From the NCBI RefSeq assembly GCF_964204865.1, contig NC_135260.1, positions 6,758,001 through 6,822,000 of the forward strand: DNA of 64,000 nucleotides, written 5' to 3'. The notes below the pieces were generated by a model. It did no database searches and was not told the DNA's origin. It saw only the letters and a list, made by a program, of their open reading frames with translations. Of this stretch, positions 51,101 to 63,824 are shown in pieces; the stretch's first letter is position 1; the number at the start of each line of letters is the position of its first letter. Both the position numbers and the translations under genes were made by a program. This stretch comes from Styela clava (lineage: Eukaryota).

Positions 51101-54100
51101 AATCAGGTCTACATGAAACTTCAAACTTGAGTAAGTCTTAAGTAAAAAAATCTCAAGATTCAAAACTTGTGACTTACTGTGTCCAAATCCTGTTTCAGGT
51201 AAGACAAAACCACAAATACAACACTTTAAATAAAACTTCATCTTTACCTCTTTCTGAATCTTCATTTATTTTATCATCCGCGACTTCAGCATCCAACATA
51301 AGTTGAAGTAAATCTTTGGCAACTTCTTCCTGATGTGAAAAAATATTATTAATGATGAAGATTGTAGATGATTGCCACTTAAGAGTGAGAACAGGGTCAG
51401 TCCTAGCAAATCAAGCTACAACTCCATAACTGGCATAACACATATCTGAGGTTTAGGAAGCGTTGTTGATTATAAAACACTTAATTCTTTTCAATACCTG
51501 AAGTCCTGATTGCCAGGATATAAGGGAATTTCCAATAGGACACAAATTAAAGAAAAATTAAAAGTTTTGTATAATTTATAAATACACACAAATTTTAATT
51601 TATTTGATTTAATTTATTAAATAATGAAAAAGATCTATCTATCGCCATCTTTGTTTAAAAGCATACGATAAACTTCCGAAAACTTACCTGTCCCTTTTTT
51701 CTTTTTTCAATGACTGCATTGGTAAAATTACTGAGATATTGTAACGCTTTGTAATCAAATATACTGATGTCTAATTTATTGCAAATCCATTCAAATGGTG
51801 GACAGATGACTAAAAAAATAATGTAAACTTGTAAAATGTGCATTTTTGATATGACTTTGTGTCCGAATAGTCCAATAATCATAAAAATTTCAAGAACTTA
51901 CAACACATGAATGCAGTAGGACCAGCGAATCCAGTAGCGAACAGTTTTCGAACTTCCAATACCAGTTGGGAATCTTTCCCATCAACAGATTGAATATGTG
52001 CTCTGGTTCCCAATGCAGCAGAAACTATCATATCCAGCGATAAATTTGAAAATAATCTGGATGTAATAATGTATATTAGACTACCAGTATATTTGTTCCA
52101 AAATAGATTTTGATAATTATGTATAATTTTTTATTGTCATTTTTTAAAATTGCACTTCTCAGAAAATCAAGAAGGCGACTTTGGCTATATTAAGCAACAT
52201 AGAAGCAACAATTACAAGGCAAAACTTTTATATATTCAAATTTCAAGGTAGTGTATGTAGTATGCACTTACTTTCTTGCAACAAATTCTCCGCTTTCATT
52301 TTTTAACTTTCCCTCTAACACTGCAACAGTTTGACCTGTACAATTTTCAACAATTGAGAACATCTGTTTCAGCTTTGATATGGAAAATGTAGGACTTAAC
52401 GTCGAGCTGAAATAAGACAAGTTTTTGCAATGAGTAACCATCATAGTCGATTATAGTTATGGTTACGCTGTCTTTTCATTTAGACTCCTCAGTCCTCACC
52501 ATCATAAGGTTATGAATACCTCCACTCACTACGCATCTGAAGCGAATAACTGGTTAGGTAATTCAATACCCTACATCAGGGGTTGGCAACCTAAGAACGC
52601 ACTATAATCCGGCCCGCGACGCTTCACTAAATTATAGTAACAAAACATTCGTTTCCATGAATATATTCTTTAGACAAAAATATATTATGACCTAACAATT
52701 ATATAATTCACAATTACTCGTTTAATGAGCATATAATTTAATTATAATTAAGCAAATGGCAACAAATCGCAGAAAAGTTGATGCTAAGTGCAAAGGGTTC
52801 AATGGCGCTGGAAATATTCAAATGAAATTTTATGAGATGCAATGAGGAAATAAATCTATATTCTATTTGAGAGATGTATCCCTGCTTGATTTTTATTATA
52901 AAAAGTACCATCCATTCGGTTTTTCAACTTTCTAAAAATATGTGCGGCCCGCCAATGACTTGCAACCTTAATTTTCGCCCACGAGCGACATTGCACGAAT
53001 ACTTAAGCAACACATAAACCCCTATTTAAAAATATCAAAATATATTGTACCGGGTTCTTTTCCATTTCTTATTTCTAGCAACTAAAACTCCATGATTCAT
53101 GTCTTTGCCATTCATTGTCGTCAGCACTCTCTAAAAACAAACATAATTTCAGCTTGTAAGATGCTTCCTCTGTTACCAGACTGAAAAATGTATGAAGTGG
53201 TTTGACAGTTTTACCATTTCAAATGCAACACTACGGATGCGAAAAGCCCACCAGTCCCAATACATGTGAATATCTACATATGAAATGCATCTATCCTAAA
53301 AATCTTCAAGGATGACATATTACAAAAATTCCCACTATCCATAGCTGAATGTGCTGAAGTTAAGTAGTTCTTACCATTCTATCAGGAAAATTCTGGAATT
53401 CTTTTGTGTAAATTAGTCGCATAATTTCAAGATCATGTATCGTGATTGCAGGTGTAAGACCAGCATATCCCCTAAAATATAGAAATAATTTATTAAAAAC
53501 AATTGTCAATGTGAATAACCAGCTAACTTGAAGATATTTAATAATTATCAATGTTGATAGAAAACAGGATGAAATCACCAATCTTTTGATACCAATAGGT
53601 TCGAAGGGTATGAAACATATAACACGAATCAGTGCTGTTTCTGAGATGGAATTTGAAGAGAATGTTCCATGAGTTTAATAAATAATTGAGTCAAAGGATG
53701 GTGGAGCTGTCAAACATCTTTCAGTTCATTCTCCTAAGGATTATTCTTAATTTTTAAAGTTTACTTACAAGTTACAACTCCTAATCATTATAATGACTTC
53801 AAAAAATAAAAAAACAAGAATTGTCTATGAGAATTATCAACTCTTTTCACTCACCCATAGATCAGTCCATATTTCTTTTTCTGTTCTAAATTTCTAGTAA
53901 ACATTTCCTGAAAATGTAATAATGAAAAAAGTGAAAATTTAAAAAGAAAGTGTATATCATAAATATCAAATAAACCGTCAATTTAAAAATATTCGGTGTC
54001 AACAAGATTCTAATTTGAAAACTTAAGTAAATCTTGAAAATGCATCAACCAACAGTAGGAATATAATAATTAAAAACATATAAGATCTTGAGACTGTAAG

Positions 54101-55032
54101 TCTCTTAGCATTTTTTATTGAGTATTATTTTAAAGGGTATTGCTTTGCAAAGATTCATCCTATAGGCATGACCAAGCTTATTCAACATTTCAAATAGAAA
54201 AAAATACTTCAGAGGAAACTAGTCCTAGCCAACCCTGTCAACCAATCTACAAATATTCAACCTTTATTACTTACTTTTGAAAATGCACCTGCCATATTTC
54301 CGATATTCAGTATAGTAGGTTTGTCATGAGGTATATTGAGGTTTGCGAGAAACTGCCATTTTCTATGTATGTAGTATCTTGATATAAGCAAGAAATTCCA
54401 TTAAACAAATGATAAAAAGCAAAAAATAGTAATTTGAAATTGATCAAAAAATGTGAATTTAGATATGGTTACTAATTGTAAATTTTGATATCCAACCAAA
54501 AATTAGAGAATTGAACAATGTGTCACTAAATTTTTATTTTACAAAGAAAATTCAACATTTTTTGCTTCAAACAAGGCTATAGGCAAGTGGCCATACATAA
54601 AGAGATACTATTAGCAGAAGCAGACTTGGTGTGAACCAGATTCATAGTTCATTGCAAATTTATTTTATAAATATTTCACAAATATTCACAGCAGCACTAT
54701 AGTTAATAATCAACAGCTCGAAATTAAAATATATTCTGAAAAGATAGCAATCTGAAATACAGAAATAGCTTTTCTATAAAGTCAGAAAGTGCACCACACG
54801 AAACAAGGATGCACAAGAACATGGAGAGTCACTGGGTTTGGCATGTCTTAAATACTTCTAATTCAACATTGCATTCTCAATTTCCTACACCTGTAAATGA
54901 GCTGAAAACCAGAGAAAATTGATCTCTTAGATAAGTAGATATAAAACAGAACAACAATCACCTGATAAGAGCCAGTATTGCAACAACAAGTCCCAAAGAT
55001 TCAAAAGATATCACTGACGACAACCAAGACAT
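48178..55032 (-). CDS. Cytochrome P450, clan 3 (CYP3-like), complete, ~507 aa
   Basis: Exons 55032-54962, 54377-54275, 53907-53855, 53471-53375, 53130-53051, 52406-52272, 52056-51902, 51809-51688, 51329-51248, 50640-50480, 50134-50046, 49729-49592, 49095-48939 and 48258-48178 (1524 nt). Motifs: WKRTRSTLSPTFS, AGFENT, ESLR, FIPDR, and heme loop PFGAGPRNCIG. Several exon sizes (71, 53, 161, 89+138=227) match my recollection of vertebrate CYP3A. Confidence 0.92.
52577..52990. mobile_element. Degenerate hAT MITE in an intron of the minus-strand CYP
   Basis: CAGGGGTTGGCAACC start and GGCCCGC subterminal motifs. Confidence 0.55.
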
Positions 55033-55921
55033 TGTATTTGCTCAATCAAATTATTTTCATATATCTGTATAGAAAATTTTAAGATTTAAGTAATAGCTTA
55101 CCGGTATACCGGTACTCTACAGTATTTTTTGAAATACCAGTACCGGTAGTCTACTACCAAAATTATTCTACTTTTTTACTAAATAAACTTCAACCAATTC
55201 TATGTGAGTAATATAAAAGTCATAAATCAATTTCGACAAAATGGAATATAAATCCATAAAAAAATTGAGTTTGATTGAGAACTGCAAGTTGCAGACATCC
55301 TATCTCACTATCTGCGCCGGATACACTACCGCTGTCTGGCTGTTATTTCAATATTTGGGTTGCGTACAGCTCAATGCAATGAGATGCACCATGCAAAGAT
55401 ACCGGTATATGATATACATTACCAAGTACCGGTATTTATATACCTACATTAGGCCGCTACGTCATTTGTGTTATTGCGATATAAAGTATTGGGAATTTCC
55501 CCAATTGTTTACGTCATGTCAGGACCGGACGATTGCGCCATCATTTATCAGCCGAAAATAGAGCGCTGGCGATTGCGACATCGTTTAAAGCTTACGTCAT
55601 TAATGACGTATTCTGCACTGAGTATATTCCCATAATACAATCTAGCTGTAGCACATATACCAAGTCGCAAACTACCTAAGTAAACATTCGAAAACCAACA
55701 TAATTTCAGCCCTTGTTTTATAAAATTCATAGGGGAATACCCCACAGCCAACACAATACGGCTGCTCGATCAAGGTTGATACGTGATCAAAATTTGGACA
55801 TAACATGAAAAATTAATAATTCGAAAACACTCACAATTTCGAATATTGGAAAAAGTGGCAAAAGTGCATAACGGCATTAAAAAAAATACACGAGTCGAAG
55901 AGTGGGTTCAAAAGTTTATAT

Positions 55922-58818
55922 TAGGCCGTGAGCCGAGGCCATGAAAAACGCCTAGAAAGTGAGTTTCGTAGCGCACATCAGGTAACTACCTGAAAATGAT
56001 TTAAAAATGTTCCTTAAAAATGTAGTAACAAATATTGCCTTGTTCCCACTTCCAAAAGTTGCACGTTTTACGGAAAAGACGCTTTTACTACAATAAATCT
56101 GTGCTACGATCTGTCCTATATTCTCTACATTTTCGACAATGAACAATGACTTCTGCATGACGTAACAATTGAATCGAATCAGCTGTTAGCGAGCGGATGA
56201 ATATTAGTTATTACTGCTCGACCTTGCGTTGAGTTGGGCAGCCTTTCCATAGCCCTGTTTAGTTATTATTAGTTAAGTTATGCTAAGACGTTGTTGAAAA
56301 ATGTATAAGTAAGTTATTAAACTCTTGTAGATCCTTACAACGGATATGGGCCGTGAGACGAAGCCTTGAAAACGCCCAGAAAATGAGTTTCGTAGCGCAC
56401 ATCTGGTAACTAAATAAATCCTTCAGTTTAGTGTGAAAATGAACATACTGAACGCATTACAGCTTGTTCCACAATCCTGATGCGAAATTGAATATAAGAG
56501 GTTCCCGGAAATTCAATAACCATAAGTTCACAACACATACATAAGAACTATGCAATTCGAGAGCCCTACAGCACACTAACACAAATGTATTCCTGTAATG
56601 TTTTGCCTGACCAAAATCGGACTTCCTCAGTCAATCATAATTTATTAGGTAGATTATGAAAAATATGACATATAAATATGAAATACTTTAATTGTGTGAC
56701 AGGAGTGGCGAGTGACCTCGAAAGCAGCGACACCAACAACGCTGATTCACATTAGCGAATAAATTTTATGTAATAACCACAAGCAGTTTACAACAAGAAG
56801 AGCATAAAAAGCTACATCCATTTTATAGAAGCTATCAAACGTATTTATTTTTAAGCAATGAAGTCACAAATTAACATCGTGAGCACGAAAACACAAATAA
56901 ATCAGTTATTTCTCACTTAGAAATTTACCAGAAAAGTCAAGAAAATTGTACAATATGTACATAACATAGTGAACAGAAATATTACAATAAGTCTTTTTTT
57001 AGTTTATGTGGTTATGTATTTGAACAAAGGCAATATTATTTCTAGAAACAGGACTACGACACTAACAAATGTTCGAAAAAAAAAAAAATAAATGATACTA
57101 CTGATAAATGATAAAAATCAACTGCAATATCTAATTCACTTTCTTCTGAATTGTTTTCGAAATCCACTATCTTGAAAATCGACTTTTCCTCTATAAGTGT
57201 ACTGTGATTTTGCAGTCAATACAAAAACAAAAATCTGTGCAATTTAAGTTGATTTTGGCACACTTGCATAAATTATTTTGACTATTTTTTTTACACTTGC
57301 AGTTTGCCAACTCAAGAACTGATTTGAGGGCCACATGCTTCTTCAGTGAATCATTGTTGGGTATAATCCTTATGTTTGCCAGTGTTAAATAGACGTGCCC
57401 TGGTATCATTTACATTCTTCATATCCTCTTCATACAGTGAACAAACAAATTCCTCAGCTTTATTTATTAATGCCTCGTTAACCTCAAAAGATCTTCATAG
57501 TTGAGAAAATATGAATTGAAAACCACAATGAAGTCTCCAACATGAGTTTAATGGGCAGTTCCAATTGCAGAAAAGTGCTAAAGTATTTCAATATGAATAG
57601 CCCATCTAAGCTGTTTGCAACTATTATGATTCTCATATACCTTTACGCTTCAAGACTTCTTGTTTAATCCATTTTATAGCAGCAGGGATTAGAGCCTGCA
57701 TTAGGTCGGATTGGTGGAACATTGCCGTCTTCTTTTGTCGTACAGTATCTAAAATGAGGAAGAAAATCATATTTGGAACAGCATGAGTGTAAAAATACCA
57801 CTAAATACTAACTAATACCTTGAATAAATAATGCATTTTATCTGATGTACTAAATGAGCGTATGTACTACAGTCCAGCAGTGTTTGCATACCATTACTAG
57901 ACTATATCTACACTAAATTTTGATATATCACAGTCTGAAATGCCCTATGACAGTATGAGTATGGACTATAGGCCTAGACTATATTTTAAAACATCAACTG
58001 TCTGTCTACAACTCGATTTCTCACCTCTCAATCGTTTCCAATGCTACTTTCTTTCCACTCCGGCATAACTTACCGTATCATTGCTTCCCAGGTTCTTGTC
58101 GACTCTATGAATTTAGATTTAGACCAACCGACATTAGTAAAATTGATTATTTTCTTCTCTTTCACACAACCGTGCATTACAGAAACAGCCATTAATTTCT
58201 ATTTCCAAATATGCTGTGGCCTATATAGTAGTATAAGTCTGCTGAATAGTCAAGAAGAGTCATTAAATTAATCATAAACAAAATATCGTTGTTTGTGACA
58301 TATTATTCTAAGTCTAGCCTTCCTTGGAATTACCGCACCGTACCTATTCAACAACGTCTTATGAGCTAGTGCTCAACTAAAATTGCTATTTATGGTAAGA
58401 ATATACAAGTGTTTAATATCTTACTTATACTTTTCAACACCTCCTTAGAATAACTGAACTAATAATAACTGAAAAAACTATGGAAAGGCTACTCAACGCA
58501 AAAGCAAGCAGTAGTAGTACATCTGATATTCATCCGACCACTGGGTTTTCACCTACAGCTGACTAATTCGATTGTTACGTCATGCAGATGTCTGCGTTCA
58601 TTGGCCCATGATACCGAATAAGCAGAGAAAGTAGGACAGATGGTAACACATATTTATTGTGGTAAAAGTGTATTTTCTGTAAAACGTGCAACTTTTGTAA
58701 GTGGGAACAAGGCAATATTTGTTACTAAATTTCTAAGGAACATTTTAAAATCATTTTCAGGTAGTTACCTTATGTGCGCTACGAAACTGAAAGATAAATG
58801 GCCTCGGCTCGCGGCCTA
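55922..58818 (-). mobile_element. Decayed Academ-superfamily DNA transposon
   Basis: ~400-bp imperfect TIRs beginning TAGGCCG(T/C)GAGCCGAGGCCA and a 3-bp TSD TAT. Minus-strand transposase remnants are INKAEEFVCSLYEEDMKNVNDTR (~57400-57470) and a Cys-rich tail ELANCKCKK...CKCAKINLNCTDFCFCIDC (57191-57320). Confidence 0.8.
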
Positions 58819-59647
58819 TATGTAATGTTGGGTTTATAGAACTTTTTTGAGTATTATCGCCGGGTCACGATTGGGTTTGACAACCACGGGTTAAAGATAT
58901 TACAGATTTTCATCCGGTATTGTGAGCACCGAACCGAAAGTGTTTTAGGATAAGACAGTTGGGATAAGATAAGGAACTGTGTTTTTACACAAAATGTATT
59001 TGATTATGTTTTTTCAGTTTTATCAAAATAAATGTGTGATGAAAAAAAATTATAAAACTTGCATCTTAATGGACTTAAATGATCAATGTTACTCACATTT
59101 ATCCAATATGGAACAAAATGCCATTATATGTTTATTGTGTACAGCAAGGTATAATATTTGGCTGGAACGGAATGCTACCATTGACGCAATCGTCTGTCAT
59201 GACATGACGTAAACAATTGCAGAAATTCTCAATACTGCAATACTTCGATATATCGCAATAACACAAATGGCCTAGGGGCCCAAGCCTAATGTGGGTATAT
59301 GCATGCTTGATGGTATCGTATATCTTTGCATGGTGCAACTTACGAAGCTGTATACAACCCAAATACTGAAATAACAGTGGTGCAGGTAGGAGAGATGCAG
59401 TTGCAACTGCAGTATTCAATCAAAACTCAATTTTTTTTTTATAAATAACCCATATATTTCATTTTGTTAAAATTGATTTATGAGTTTTATATTACTCACA
59501 TAGAATTGGTTGAAGTTTATTTTGTAAAACAGTGGAATAATCTTCGTAGTATTTCAAAAAATACTGAAGAGTAGACTATAAGCTATTACTCAAATCTTAT
59601 AATTTTCTATACAGATATATGAAAATTGATTGGATTAAGCAAATACA

Positions 59648-62600
59648 ATGTCTTGGTTGTGGTCAGTGATATCTTTTGAATCTTTGGGACTTGTTGCTGC
59701 AATACTGGCTCTTATCAGGTGATTGTGGTCTATTTTATATATTTTATCCAAGAGATCAATTTTCTCCAGTTTTCAGTTCCTTTTACTGGTGTCGAAAATT
59801 GAGTTTGAGGCAAAAAATTTTAAATTTTTTTTGTATGAAAAAAAAATCGTTAACTGATTGTTCAATTCTCTTCAATTTGTTGTTTGATGTCAAAATTAAA
59901 TATTACAATTAGTAACAATATCTAAATTTGCCTTTTTCAATCAATTTCGAATATTTAATTTTTGTTTTTCATCACTTGTTCAATGGAATTTCTTGCTTAT
60001 TTTCAGATACTACATACATAGAAAATGGCAGTTTCTCGCAAACCTCAATATACCCCATGACAAACCTAGTATACTGAATATTGGAAATTTGGCAAGTGTC
60101 TTTTCAAAAGTAAGTAATAAATGTTGAATGTTTGTCACTTGGTTGACAGGGTGGGTCAGAACTACTTGGTTTTGATCAAGCATATTTTCTATTTGAAATG
60201 TTGAATATGATTGGTCATGCACATAGGATGAAGATTTGCAAAGCAATACACTTAAGTTAGAAATAAGAAATTGCTGAGCGACTTACAGTTTCAAGATCTT
60301 AAATGTTTAATTATTATATTCCTACTGTTGGTTGATGCATTTCAAGATTTACTCAAATTAAAATCTTGTTGAAACAAAATATTTTTTAATTGATTGTTGA
60401 TTTGATATTGACCGTATGACTTTCTTTTTAAATTTTTTATTTTTTTATTATGTTTTCAGGGAATGTTTAATAGAAATTTAAAACAAAAAAAGAAATATGG
60501 ACTGATATATGGGTGAGTAAGGAGAGTTGATAATTAATATTGACAATTCTCTGATTTTTCTTTTCATAAAGATTGGGGGTTGTAAGTGAACTTTAAAAAT
60601 AAACCTTTAAAAAATGTACTGAAAGATGTTTGACCAACAGCTCTTGTGAGTTATCACAATCCACACACGCCATCCTTTGACTCAATTCTCTTCATTATTC
60701 AAACTAATAGAACTTATCATCTTCAAATTCTGCCTCAGGAAACTGCACTAATTTGTGTTTTATGTGTCATACCCTTCGAAAAAATATTGGTATCAAAAGA
60801 TTGGTAATTTCAGCCTGTTTTTTTTTATCAAAATTGATAATCATTAAATATCTTTTAGTTAGCTGGATAGGGTTGCTCGATAATATGCACGTATTGACAA
60901 TTTTTCGATAAGTCATGTCTATATTTCAGGGAATATGCCGGTGTTACACCTTTAATCACGATACATGATCTTGAAATTATACGACAGATATACACAAAAG
61001 AATTCCAGAATTTTCCTGATAGAATGGTAAGAACTACTTAACTGCAGCACATTTTCCTACGTGTGTTAAGACTCTTATCTACTTCACCATCAAAGCCATG
61101 CATGATGGGGACATTGAGCAACTAACTGTTCATTGCTGCCAATATTCTAACGGTTATTCACATTATTGCATTCGAAGTTACATTTTCTGCCTTTATTGCA
61201 TTTGCCGATACGACATTAATGTGATGAATTAGTTTGCCTTTCACCGCACAGTTTTTCGATTCTCGGAGCAATTTGTGACAAGCGAACCTATAGACCAGGA
61301 GGCAAGTCTCGACCTGTATTTTTGTCGTCATATATAGGAGTGAAAATGCTGACTCACGAATGTAGGTTGTTGCAAAAGGATTTTAATTGACTTTTCTGAC
61401 AGCAATGGATATTCGTCCGCAAAGCTCAACCGAAAATATGCAATTTTTTTTTGAAATAATCATTAAATATTGAACAGGGGGGTCCGCAGACCCCAGTTTG
61501 AAAAACCCTGGTTTATGGGACTCTTAATGACCCGAATCATTTAAACCAGGGGTGTACAACCTGTGGCCCACGGGCCAAATTTTGGCCCGCAAGAAAAACT
61601 TGTGGGGTCTGCGGAGAAGCATCACTTTTGAATGTTGTGATGAGTGATGAACATGAGTTTTAAATTTAATCAAGTATGTGCGAGTAATTCGAATTCTATT
61701 AAGTTGTAATGCCTATATCTGAGCTCGTGCAAACTGAAGAACGCATGTCACAAGATCTATAACCAGAATTTGTGTGTGCGCAACTGCTAGAAAGACTATG
61801 TTAAGTAAAGGTGCTGCCCGCGGTTTCATTCAGTTATTTATATATGGCCCTTGTGTATAAAAGCCCTTGTGCACATCCCTGATTTAAACTAAATGTCTAA
61901 ACTCTCGAAAAGCCAGCAAGACTTAATTGAAGATTTGAAGATGTTTTGAGCCACACTTTGAAATATTGAAATAATTAATTCTGGTGATATTATTAACCAC
62001 AAATTCAGTAGCTTTTCAAAAGACTATAAAATATGTTTTGATCCATATTTGTCTTTAGATTCAGATTACCATTGAATCATTATTGGAGAGACTCTGGACT
62101 CTAGGTTTTTGTATTCAATGAAGTTGCTGGATTTGATTTTTAAAATATGAAATGTACGATATTGAGACATAAAACTACTGATATTTATAAGAAAAGCGGA
62201 ATTTTGTATCTCTTGGTTTTTTTTTATAGAGTGTGTTGGTGACAATGAACGGTAGAGAGATGAATCAAGGAGTTGTATTCGCTAGAAATAAGGAATGGAA
62301 AAGAATGCGGTGAGATATTTTAATATTTTTATGCAATTATTTTATGCTTTCATATTCATTCATTTTATTCCCAGAATAGATATAAAGCATAGTGTTCTTT
62401 TATCTTCCCAAAACATTTTATTGTGTTCTTCTCAGTAGCCGATTTGTGAGATTGTCCCAAAATAGAAGTAGGAAATGTCCCGTTATTTGAGTGTAACAAA
62501 ATTTCAAATCATAATTATTTGAAAAGTTTTATTCATTCTTGAAAGAGGAAAATTATTGTTTTATGCCCAAATAACACTGAAATCATGATATTAACATTGA

Positions 62601-63824
62601 TAAATTGGTGGAGCTTAATAGTGTACTCATCGCAAAAACCTGTTGTTTCAGCTCGACATTAACTCCTTCATTTACCATGTCAAAGCTGAAACAGATGTTC
62701 TCAATTGTTGAGAATTGTACAGGTCAAACTGTTGCAGTGTTAGAGGGGAAGTTAAAAGATGAAAGCGGAGAATTTATTGCAAGAAAGTAAGTGCAGAAGT
62801 ATCCTATTTCATAAACTACCTTGACATTTGAATATATAAAAGTCTTGCTTTGTAATTGTTTGTTTCTGTTTTTCTTTATATGGCCATGGTTGCCTTGACA
62901 TGTACCGTAATTTTAAAAAATGATCATAGGATATACAAAATTATCAAATTATTGGAAGTGTGATACTTATGGGATTGCAAAAGTTACAAATGTTAAATAA
63001 AAAACGATAGTTTGAATATTCTAAAGTTTTTAAACAGTTTGAATGAATAGCTGTCATTTTTTTTTCTTTGGAGCTTTTAAAAATTTCCACATTTTTAATT
63101 TTTTAGCAACCTCTTCAGAGGTTGGTAATCTGTACTAAAGAATTGAATCAAACCGATATATCATGAATTATCTAATTGGGAACAAATATAGTCTAAATAA
63201 TATTATTACATTCAGGTTATTTTCAAATTTATCGCTGGATATGATAGTTTCTGCTGCATTGGGAACGAGAGCACATATTCAATCTGTTGATGGGAAAGAT
63301 TCCCAACTGGTATTGGAAGTTCGAAAACTGTTCGCTACTGGATTTGCTGGTCCTACTGCATTCATGTGTTGTAAGTTCTAGGAATTTATAGGATTATTGG
63401 GTACTTCTGTAGTGTGTGTACCAGGTTAGGGTTAGGCCATAATTTTATTCCGTTTTTGCTTGTTTTAGTTCTATTACGAGCTCGGGGACTGTCTGTGTTA
63501 GCCAAGTGAATACATCCCTTGCCCATAGGTTCCAGTCCCTTTACACAACTTGATGTAAAATAGGCGAACAAAATTAGTTACCTCCATATTGATACACATA
63601 TTTCTGGAGTGCTGATTATTGGACTATTTAGACACACTGTCATTTCTCCTCAATTAAGAGATCAAAAATGAATATTTTACAAGTTTTACATCATTTTTTC
63701 AGTCATCTGTCCACCATTTGAAAGGATTTGCAATAAATTAGACATCAGTATATTCGATTACAAAGCATTACAATATATCAGTAATTTTACCAATGTCGTC
63801 ATTGAAAGAAGAAAAAGGGGACAG
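59648..63824 (+). CDS. Cytochrome P450 clan 3 paralog, 5' part (exons 1-8); continues beyond the window
   Basis: Exons 59648-59718, 60007-60109, 60460-60512, 60930-61026, 62230-62309, 62652-62786, 63216-63370 and 63703-63824. Exon lengths are identical to the minus-strand CYP and the frame is open. Confidence 0.9.
61200..61510 (-). mobile_element. Internally deleted hAT element with a transposase C-terminal remnant
   Basis: Terminus CAGGGTTTTTCAAACTGGGG at 61510; frameshifted DEYPLLSEKSIK / PFATTYIRESAFS / CLSQIAPRIEKLCGERQTNSSH* (hAT dimerisation domain). Confidence 0.75.
61547..61881. mobile_element. hAT MITE
   Basis: CAGGGGTGTACAA ... TTGTGCACATCCCTG with a perfect 8-bp TSD ATTTAAAC. Confidence 0.88.
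63400..63613. mobile_element. Merlin-like MITE, present only in the plus-strand CYP paralog
   Basis: GGTACTTC...GGAGTGCT termini with a perfect 8-bp TSD GATTATTG. The paralogous intron at ~51870-51885 has one copy of the TSD (empty site). Confidence 0.85.

Noticed and set aside
55922-58818. Inner ~400-bp inverted repeats as part of the CYP inverted duplication
   Set aside because: They have TAG termini and a TSD and enclose transposase remnants, so they are transposon TIRs.
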